Source: a virus | Taxonomy: Duplodnaviria > Heunggongvirae > Uroviricota > Caudoviricetes | Length of the DNA stretch: 64,000 bases | Strand: one strand, 5' to 3' | Virus record (IMG/VR): IMGVR_UViG_3300042483_000604 | Shown: piece by piece, positions 57,180 through 64,000 of the stretch | Layout: the number at the start of each line of letters is the position of its first letter | Position numbering within the stretch: position 1 is the first letter of the stretch | Translations under genes and position numbers: made by a program | Notes under the pieces: model-generated | Seen by the model: only the letters and a program-made list of their open reading frames with translations | Told to the model about the DNA's origin: nothing | The model's database searches: none

Positions 57180-58184
57180 TTAGTTATCAGTTCCGTAAAC
57201 CTGTGTATATATTCTGTCTAGTGCACTAAACATTCCTGTAGATACAAGCTGGCTCATTGTTATTTTACTTTTCTCTACTGCAGGGAAGTTAACTGAGGTT
57301 GTAGTTTCCCCAGAGCTTCTTCTAATAAAAGTTGGGGATACGTTTAGGTATTTAGATTTTATATCGGCAACTACTATTACATCTCCCTTACTATCTACTA
57401 AGTTCCATCCTGATTTACTTGCTTTAGCTCTTGTCGGGCTTGTTGGAATTACTCTACTTTGCTTAAAAGTATCCATTACTTCTGTATAGTCGTACTTTAA
57501 TGTATGTATTGTAATTTTTGTAAGTAACTTGGTGTTTTTATCTGTAGTTTTTTCTACCCATACAAAAAACTCACTATTGCTAGGTCCTGTAAGTTTTTTT
57601 GCAATAGCATCTATTCTTGCAATAATATCTGGGTAATATTCCTTAGCAGCTTCAACTGTTTCTAATTGACCTACAGTGTATTTCGTTAATTCTGGATTTG
57701 CTTTAAAGTAGTTTGCTAATTCAATTGCTCTACTATCCATTACTTCTTTCTCACTACCTAGTCCAATTTTAGTATCTCCTGATGTAGTTTTTAAACTTAT
57801 ATTATGTCCATTGACTACTAGGTCGGTTAATCCTTGTGCTCCTCCTGTATGTTGAGTCTCTATTCCTTTGCTTGCTAGAAGCTTTGCAAGTAATACTTCT
57901 GAGATAGTCCCTAATGAGTTTGGATCGAATAGCATAAATACTTTAAGGTATTTAGCATAATCTTCTTTTATTGAATTAAATGCTTCTCTTAGGTACTTAA
58001 CATCTGCATCCGTTGCATTACTTTCATTTTCCTTTTCATCTTCTTTTGACTTTTCCTCTAAAACTATCCCAAATTCAGAATAAATCTCTTTCAATACTTT
58101 CATATCGCCAGGATTATTCATATCTGGATAGCCTTTCTTACATCGAAAAGCCCATTCTGCAACTATTTTATCTACTACGCTCAT
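57180..58184 (-). CDS. Putative PD-(D/E)XK (restriction-fold) nuclease with an N-terminal leader domain
   Basis: SLGTISEVLL...GLTDLVVNGHNISLKTT fits an E...PD-xn-(S/E)xK pattern. Confidence 0.45.
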   Translation of the reverse strand: MSVVDKIVAEWAFRCKKGYPDMNNPGDMKVLKEIYSEFGIVLEEKSKEDEKENESNATDADVKYLREAFNSIKEDYAKYLKVFMLFDPNSLGTISEVLLAKLLASKGIETQHTGGAQGLTDLVVNGHNISLKTTSGDTKIGLGSEKEVMDSRAIELANYFKANPELTKYTVGQLETVEAAKEYYPDIIARIDAIAKKLTGPSNSEFFVWVEKTTDKNTKLLTKITIHTLKYDYTEVMDTFKQSRVIPTSPTRAKASKSGWNLVDSKGDVIVVADIKSKYLNVSPTFIRRSSGETTTSVNFPAVEKSKITMSQLVSTGMFSALDRIYTQVYGTDN

Positions 58185-60055
58185 TAAAGTGCTTCTGGTG
58201 TTTCTGGTTCTGTTCCTGCTTCTTCTTCACCTGCTGGTGTTTCTTCTGCTCCAAATTCAGCTGCTGGTTCTCCTCCGGCTTCTCCACCTGGAAAGTCTCC
58301 ACCACCTCCACCTGCTGGTGCTGCTGGATCTGCTCCGAATTCTTCTCCACCTGGTTCTTCACCTTGAGAGATTGGTCCGTTTTTAAGAATATCGTTTATT
58401 TTGTCTAAAGCTTGTTGATAGTCTTGTAGAGTATCTAAATAGTATTTTTTACCTTCTATTTGTGCTTCAAACCCTTTACCCATCCATTTTAAATTAAAGG
58501 ATTGACCGTTTTTAAGATCAACTGCAAATGTGGAAGGTTTTGGTGCTACCCATCTTATGTCTGTTACAAATTCTGGGTATTCTTTTGTGAATAGAGATGT
58601 TATTGCTTTCTTTACTGTAGGAAATTTTCCCAGTATTTCATCTGTAGATGTTTCTAATACTGCTCCTTCTTCTTCTCTAAGAACTTCAATGTATGCCTCT
58701 AACATTAACTCCCTTATTTCCTCTTTAGTTATTTTTTTAGAAATAGTATTTCTTCTATTTTTTAAATATTTATCTGTCTTATCGACTTTTCCATCATTAT
58801 TGATATCGTCATCTTCTTTTCCAACGGCATCTAAAGCTTCATTTTTAAAAGGCCTTGGACAAGGTGTACCTTTAACATGGGTATGTCCACATCTTCCGCA
58901 GTATGTTGCTTTCTTTTCATTTAATGCTAATGCAACTATTCTAGTTTCTTGATCTTGATGCTTTTCTGACTCTGTATATCCTGCTGCTGAATCCAGATAA
59001 TCTTCTGCTTTTGTCAGTTTAGCTTGAACCCATGCATCTAATTGATCATCATCTCCTAATAGATCCATCATCTTACTTGCGTTTGATTGAATAGACCTTA
59101 ACTGTGCTTTTGCCATTGAAGATTCGTCATCTGGCTGTAAGTGGTCATCTTCTTGTAAAGCAGGTGCATTCATTTTAATAAAATCATCCGATACTGCAAA
59201 TACTATTACCTTTCCAGCTCCATTATCCGATACATCGATATCTTCTATGTTATATTTTGCTTGTAACTTATCTGCTACTGCTTGTCCGATTTCCATTGCT
59301 TTTTTAATTCCAAACTCTCTCTCTTGTCCAGACAATGTTTTTTGTCCGTAAGCTTTTAAGTGCCCTACTCCTTCTGGGTATTTAATGAATACTTTTAAAA
59401 AGTTAGGATTGTTAGGATCTTTGGTAGCATATGGCTTAAAGTCTTTTGAGTCGAAATTACCTTCTGCTATGTTTTTATTCATCTGTGAAGGATCTGTTGG
59501 TGTTTGCATTGCTGCCATATCATCGTACTCAGTGTCTGTAGGTTCTCCTACATACTTTTTCATTGCATCACTTAGTTTATCTTCTAGTTCAGGAGTCGGC
59601 ATAGAGACAGTATTTCCTTGTGTTATCACAAAGTCTACTAGCTCTATTGGCTCAGTTCCTAAATCTAATAAAATTGCTGTTCCTTCTGGGTTAAGGTCAA
59701 ATTTAAAAGTGTCTACTCCCTTATCATTTCCGTATTCAACATGAATATTGAATTTATCAACTCCTATTCCTGTAAGTTTTAGTTTTGAGATTTCATCTCC
59801 TTGAGCTCTAAGAACTTTTACAAGAGATTTAGCTACTGCTTTTCCTACGGCTGCTGATTCTTGAGTAGTATATTTACGTACTTCTTCTTTTATCCTTTTA
59901 CCATCTGCAGTATCTATTTTTGCAATATCCTGATTATCTTTCAAACCTGTGAGTTCATCGTCTTTCTTATACTCGATTGTCTTCTTCTCACCTTTTGAAG
60001 TCTGGATAAATGCTGTCTTTTCTCCTGCTTCTACTATTCTTATTAATTTCTTCAT
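58184..60055 (-). CDS. Large multi-module hypothetical head-region protein
   Basis: Contains [14 protein letters not shown] (Ca-binding loop), a CGRCGHTH..C knuckle and an acidic Gly/Pro tail. Confidence 0.65.
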   Translation of the reverse strand: MKKLIRIVEAGEKTAFIQTSKGEKKTIEYKKDDELTGLKDNQDIAKIDTADGKRIKEEVRKYTTQESAAVGKAVAKSLVKVLRAQGDEISKLKLTGIGVDKFNIHVEYGNDKGVDTFKFDLNPEGTAILLDLGTEPIELVDFVITQGNTVSMPTPELEDKLSDAMKKYVGEPTDTEYDDMAAMQTPTDPSQMNKNIAEGNFDSKDFKPYATKDPNNPNFLKVFIKYPEGVGHLKAYGQKTLSGQEREFGIKKAMEIGQAVADKLQAKYNIEDIDVSDNGAGKVIVFAVSDDFIKMNAPALQEDDHLQPDDESSMAKAQLRSIQSNASKMMDLLGDDDQLDAWVQAKLTKAEDYLDSAAGYTESEKHQDQETRIVALALNEKKATYCGRCGHTHVKGTPCPRPFKNEALDAVGKEDDDINNDGKVDKTDKYLKNRRNTISKKITKEEIRELMLEAYIEVLREEEGAVLETSTDEILGKFPTVKKAITSLFTKEYPEFVTDIRWVAPKPSTFAVDLKNGQSFNLKWMGKGFEAQIEGKKYYLDTLQDYQQALDKINDILKNGPISQGEEPGGEEFGADPAAPAGGGGGDFPGGEAGGEPAAEFGAEETPAGEEEAGTEPETPEAL

Positions 60056-60114
60056 ATTATAATATCTAAAGATAGTTATTTTGAACTATATATACAAATA
60101 AATAGTTAATTTTT

Positions 60115-60543
60115 TTACTGACAGTGGTAATTTAAGTATCTCTGCAATGCTTTTGCATAGTGAGTACCTTTATCTTCTAACTTACTTCTTTCTGCTCTTA
60201 CTTTTGAACATGTAAGTTTACCTAACCTTTTTTTTAAAATACCTGGTTCTACTGGGTCGTGTTTACCTTCCTCTATATTGGATAATTTATCGTAATATTT
60301 AGGATCTTCGTATACATGGTCAAAAGCTATTTCCATAGCAATATCTAAATCTGTTGTATGTTCTGATTCTGTCTTTACTCCTTTTACTATCTGCTTTATG
60401 ATTTGATCTAAAGGAAGATTATGCATTGTAGCTAAATCTCCAATAGTAGCAAACTGTGCTAGTCCTCCTGGTATTTCATTAGGAGCAGGTGTTGAAGCAT
60501 CTAATACCTCTTTAATTATCTTTTTTAGTTGACTTTTTTTCAT
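60115..60543 (-). CDS. Hypothetical protein with DUF5661-like motif
   Basis: GVKTESEHTTDLDIAMEIAFDHVYEDPKYYDKL. Confidence 0.55.
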   Translation of the reverse strand: MKKSQLKKIIKEVLDASTPAPNEIPGGLAQFATIGDLATMHNLPLDQIIKQIVKGVKTESEHTTDLDIAMEIAFDHVYEDPKYYDKLSNIEEGKHDPVEPGILKKRLGKLTCSKVRAERSKLEDKGTHYAKALQRYLNYHCQ

Positions 60544-61156
60544 TTTCTAAAGTGTAGTAGTAAGTATTTTCATTACCTTTTTCCATTGTCCATTTATCGG
60601 AAACCGATTCACAGAACCAGTCTTTATTATCAATCATCCAATCCGGTTTATCAGGGAATGGTTGAGTTACAAAAGACATATCTCTCCACATTAACCTATT
60701 GTTTGGCTGGAGAGTAAAGTTCCCATTATCTAATTTAATTAGATGTGCTGCTTTATATTGTGTTGGTTCGTTAGAATATGGATTATCGTACCAGTCAAAT
60801 GTCATGATATAATTACCCCACTCTTTACTTCCGTCTTTAAATATTGCTTTTACTCTTGATTGAAGTAAGTAATCGTATGCTGTACATGATACTTCATGTC
60901 CAAAACAATCCCATAATTGTAAGTGGTCTAAAGCCATTCTAGGAGCATCATCTTTCCAAGCAAGCATGTGAATTGGAACTCTTGATCTAACAGCTCCTTC
61001 ATCAGTCATTACATGGAAGGTAAGAGCTCTTCCTCCTACAGATTGTACTCCAAATACAATTACATCTTGCATACCTTCTCTTCCGTCATGCTGATAGAGA
61101 TGTTCGATTCGCATCTTAGCATAGAAGTGAGGTATAGATGTATTTAGTGTTGACAT
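60512..61156 (-). CDS. Conserved hypothetical phage protein
   Basis: LNTSIP...FGVQSVGGRALTFH...LQLWDCF...QPNNR. Confidence 0.65.
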   Translation of the reverse strand: MSTLNTSIPHFYAKMRIEHLYQHDGREGMQDVIVFGVQSVGGRALTFHVMTDEGAVRSRVPIHMLAWKDDAPRMALDHLQLWDCFGHEVSCTAYDYLLQSRVKAIFKDGSKEWGNYIMTFDWYDNPYSNEPTQYKAAHLIKLDNGNFTLQPNNRLMWRDMSFVTQPFPDKPDWMIDNKDWFCESVSDKWTMEKGNENTYYYTLENEKKSTKKDN

Positions 61157-61470
61157 TATTTATTCTTTATTAGCAATTCTCCTAGTACTTCTAGTCTTCC
61201 TACCTCTCTTTGAAATTCAATTTGAGTCATATCTAGAGAGATCTTTTTATAAGTCTCTTCGTACTCTTTCTTTGCTTGTTCCATATCAAGCTTTCCTTCA
61301 GAAGCTTTTTTATAATACGGAGCTTTTACTTTGAAATGATGCCAGGTTAGTAAAGCAAGTCCTCCTTTTTCTTGAGCATTTGATGCTATTTTAGCTGCAC
61401 CTTCTCCTCTGGTTTTAGCGAAGTCTTCTAATACCTCTTTTGCTTCTTTTAGTAGTTGTAGTAGCTTCAT
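61156..61470 (-). CDS. Small hypothetical protein
   Basis: Begins MKLLQLLKEA. Confidence 0.6.
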   Translation of the reverse strand: MKLLQLLKEAKEVLEDFAKTRGEGAAKIASNAQEKGGLALLTWHHFKVKAPYYKKASEGKLDMEQAKKEYEETYKKISLDMTQIEFQREVGRLEVLGELLIKNK

Positions 61471-61471
61471 A

Positions 61472-61693
61472 TTATTTTGTGATTTTTACACAGATGTCTT
61501 TTCCGTCTTTAGTGCCTGCATATCTGTACCCTTTCCAACAAGCTTTACCGTCAACACCTTTTACTTTTTCTGCAAGAACCTCTTTTACAAGTTCTTGGAT
61601 TGCTTGTTTTACTTTAGCATATCCTGAACCATAAGGTGCTGCTTTACCTGCTTGAGGGTTATCTGCTTCTTTTAACAGTTGTAGTAGCTTCAT
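61472..61693 (-). CDS. Small hypothetical protein (CWKGY motif)
   Basis: Begins MKLLQLLKEA; ends GKACWKGYRYAGTKDGKDICVK. Confidence 0.6.
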   Translation of the reverse strand: MKLLQLLKEADNPQAGKAAPYGSGYAKVKQAIQELVKEVLAEKVKGVDGKACWKGYRYAGTKDGKDICVKITK

Positions 61694-61694
61694 A

Positions 61695-61832
61695 TTATTT
61701 TCCTTGCCCTCTATAAAGCTTTTTATAGTTCTTAGAACTCTTCAATTTTGAAGTTTTAGATTTAGCGTGAACTCCAGGTCTAGATACTTTAGTAGTTTCT
61801 ACTTTAACGGAAGATTGTGCTGCTTTTGCCAT
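61695..61832 (-). CDS. 45-aa basic protein ending YRGQGK (not in the ORF track)
   Basis: Manual translation MAKAAQSSVKVETTKVSRPGVHAKSKTSKLKSSKNYKKLYRGQGK; TATTTATT box at 61850-61857; fills the gap exactly. Confidence 0.7.
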   Translation of the reverse strand: MAKAAQSSVKVETTKVSRPGVHAKSKTSKLKSSKNYKKLYRGQGK

Positions 61833-61871
61833 AGATATTAAATGTTTTTAATAAATATACAAAAGTATATA

Positions 61872-62456
61872 TTACTCCTCTATATGGCTCTTTATGTGTT
61901 TTAAGTACTCTTGAAGGTTTTTGCTTAACTGTTCTTTGAATTTTGAATCATTATTATTCCAATCTTCTATATCTCCTTGCTCTGTTACAAAACTGTTAGT
62001 TACTTCTAATGAGGCTAGTACCCATTGTTCAACATCTCTTGCAAAAGCTTTAAGGCTTCCTTGCATCATATTCTTTTCATATGATTCATATAGACCTGCT
62101 TTTCTTAGTTCTGCTTCATAATCAATTACACAATCAAAACACATTTTATGTATCTTATACATCTTATGACTGAGGTAGTAGTTCATAGATCCTCCGCATT
62201 TCGGACATGCTAACGGTATCTGGAGAGCTTTCTTTGCTGAGTCTAGTTTTGTAATATTCTGTCTTAATCCGTTTTTAATAGTCCAAGTTCTTCCACTCTC
62301 TTCCCATATATCTCCTTCTTTGTAGGCAACCTGTGCCTTAGAGTATCCAATACCGTCTACAGTCTTTGCACTAAAGTCTTTGTTAACTAAATTTCTAGCT
62401 CTATTTACGTCTTTTGATTTGAATTCTTTTTTAAGTAAGCTCTCGCCCATAACCAA
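61872..62456 (-). CDS. Zinc-binding hypothetical protein
   Basis: CPKCGG...HKMCFDC. Confidence 0.6.
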   Translation of the reverse strand: MVMGESLLKKEFKSKDVNRARNLVNKDFSAKTVDGIGYSKAQVAYKEGDIWEESGRTWTIKNGLRQNITKLDSAKKALQIPLACPKCGGSMNYYLSHKMYKIHKMCFDCVIDYEAELRKAGLYESYEKNMMQGSLKAFARDVEQWVLASLEVTNSFVTEQGDIEDWNNNDSKFKEQLSKNLQEYLKHIKSHIEE

Positions 62457-63018
62457 GTTCTTTTAATTTATTAATAACCGATTGTATTTCTCCGTCTTTT
62501 ACCTCTAATGCTATCCCTCCTTTTGCAGCAAATGCAGCTAGGTTAGAAGGTCTATCATCTATTAATATAGCTTTTTCATTTGCAAAATCCGACTTACTTG
62601 CTCCGAACCTGAATTCTACAGGAGGGGCAGGTATTAGATGTTCTTTTACCCACAGTCTTTTCCCCAGTCTTGAAGTGTTCTGTCTAGATGGAGATGTAAG
62701 TATAGTTGGACTGTATGGCTGTATAAAAGACCATATTTCTCTTCCATTTGGCATCCAATTCATTCCTGACCAGAATTCTAATCCTATATGGTTATCAATG
62801 AAGTTCCAAAACTCTGTTTCTCCTTCAAGTTTCTCAAAGTGTTTAGGTCTTGTTACTTGGTTTATAACCTCTTTTGAATAGTACTTTGGTCCTTCTTGTC
62901 TTAACATCTCAACAAATCTGTTTTCAAAATCTGTTAATACTCCGTCCATATCACAGTATATCTGATAAGGAGGGTTAAAATCTTCTTCTGTAAGCAATAA
63001 GTCTACTAAATTTCCCAT
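62431..63018 (-). CDS. HAD-superfamily 5'(3')-deoxyribonucleotidase-like phosphatase
   Basis: IYCDMDGVLTDF, ILTSP, ILIDD. Confidence 0.85.
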   Translation of the reverse strand: MGNLVDLLLTEEDFNPPYQIYCDMDGVLTDFENRFVEMLRQEGPKYYSKEVINQVTRPKHFEKLEGETEFWNFIDNHIGLEFWSGMNWMPNGREIWSFIQPYSPTILTSPSRQNTSRLGKRLWVKEHLIPAPPVEFRFGASKSDFANEKAILIDDRPSNLAAFAAKGGIALEVKDGEIQSVINKLKELGYGRELT

Positions 63019-63031
63019 AACCTTTTTATTT

Positions 63032-64000
63032 TTATAATGTTTGTTTTAACCCTAATGCAGGTAATCTCTTACGCCATAATGTTAGTATCTCTTCTTTTTC
63101 CTTAGATGTAATTTTTTGAGCATCTAAGTATGTGTTTACAACATCTGCAAATGGTCTTTTTTCTTTTTTAGCTCTAAGGTACATTCCTTGTAGGTTTGCA
63201 TCTACTTCTTTTGGTAAAAGAAAGTACTCTTTGTTTTTTAACAATTTTAGTTTGACTAAATCTCGTATGTACTGATCATCTTCCATGTACTTACCTGATT
63301 TTAGGTTATCAGAATCACTATGAGTTAAATGCTCTATTTCATGTCTAATAACATCTTTTAGATTCATGGAAATTTCTTCCCAAAATTCAGGTAGCATTGC
63401 AGGATCAATTTGGAAAGTTACCATAATAGCATCATCATATTCTCCTTCTGGTGAGTAGTCTGCTCCTCCGTCTACTTTAAGTTTCTTAGTACCTGGTTTT
63501 AGTACTAGTGTAGCCTGTACATCGAAAGCTAAGTCATCTGATTCAATAAATTCACTAAAACTGGTGAGTTTACTACCTTCTTCTACTTCTCTTTTCCAGT
63601 GATTGAAAATAACACTACTAACTCGGTTTGTTATTGTATCATACCTTCCTTCTGCCATAACCTCTTTATTATTATTTTTTAATCCGTCTTCCCAATTTCT
63701 GAATGTGATATTACCTTTTAGGTAAGCTTCTTTTTCTATCTCTTGTAAGTAATCGTCCTCGTTTGTATTAGTAGTTCCAGCTAATCCTTCAAGTCTTCCT
63801 TCCATGTTTTGCATATGGTGAATCATTTCATGAGAGAATGATCTACAAACATCTTTAGGATGTCTATTCATTACATAGAGTACTACTTCTTGCTTGGTTG
63901 GATCATAGTAAGCTGTTTTACCAAAGAAGTCGTTTGCTTGTTTTTCGTCATACCTTATTTTTACTTCCGGTAATGGTGTAATATTCATCTTCTGATCTAT
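63032..64000 (-). CDS. Protein with two HEXXH zinc-metallopeptidase-like modules (probably 5'-truncated by the window edge)
   Basis: SHEMIHH and RHEIEH motifs, each followed by a downstream E-x-(E/D)-A; the frame stays open to position 64000. Confidence 0.6.
   Translation of the reverse strand: MDQKMNITPLPEVKIRYDEKQANDFFGKTAYYDPTKQEVVLYVMNRHPKDVCRSFSHEMIHHMQNMEGRLEGLAGTTNTNEDDYLQEIEKEAYLKGNITFRNWEDGLKNNNKEVMAEGRYDTITNRVSSVIFNHWKREVEEGSKLTSFSEFIESDDLAFDVQATLVLKPGTKKLKVDGGADYSPEGEYDDAIMVTFQIDPAMLPEFWEEISMNLKDVIRHEIEHLTHSDSDNLKSGKYMEDDQYIRDLVKLKLLKNKEYFLLPKEVDANLQGMYLRAKKEKRPFADVVNTYLDAQKITSKEKEEILTLWRKRLPALGLKQTL

Noticed and set aside
1247-62881. All plus-strand ORFs in the track (e.g. 27235..28005, 34829..35347, 18199..18666) and short alternative-frame minus ORFs (26572, 29664, 31474, 58168)
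   Set aside because: They are shadows of well-supported minus-strand genes; their low-complexity sequences mirror the sense codon patterns, and they have no motifs or start contexts.
1-64000. Stop-codon reassignment or tRNA genes
   Set aside because: Core genes are full length under the standard code, and no cloverleaf with a T-loop GTTCRA and acceptor stem was seen in the intergenic gaps.

Overview
AT-rich segment of a large T4-like contractile-tailed (myovirus) phage genome. Essentially every real gene is on the minus strand. The host is probably a Bacteroidota (inference from Bacteroidota-style signal peptides, A-rich leaders without Shine-Dalgarno motifs, and TAnnTTT-like promoter boxes). 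In transcription order (64 kb to 1) the window holds: (i) a block of small, probably head-associated proteins and enzymes (HEXXH protein, HAD nucleotidase, PD-(D/E)XK-like nuclease); (ii) the head module (terminase, portal, prohead protease, scaffold, major capsid), a vWA protein, PhoH and neck proteins; (iii) a fibre/adhesin region (2196-aa collagen-like fibre, fibrinogen-domain protein, two LamG paralogues, S74-chaperone fibre); (iv) tail sheath, tube, assembly chaperone with a likely +1 frameshift, tape measure, baseplate and a hub fused to an M15 peptidase; (v) a replication cluster (short PolA-like protein, SSB, RecA/UvsX, 5'-3' exonuclease, DnaB-like helicase, NrdAB); (vi) a cluster of signal-peptide-bearing cohesin/dockerin/C-type-lectin proteins. 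The standout is an intergenic group I ribozyme core at 25596-25842 (minus). Its P1 splice-site helix appears to form between the 5' end of the RNA and sequence downstream of the omega-G. That is a natural circularly permuted intron-exon arrangement, predicted to release an 18-nt RNA circle and process the downstream mRNA. All domain calls come from motif recognition by eye; no database searches or folding programs were run.
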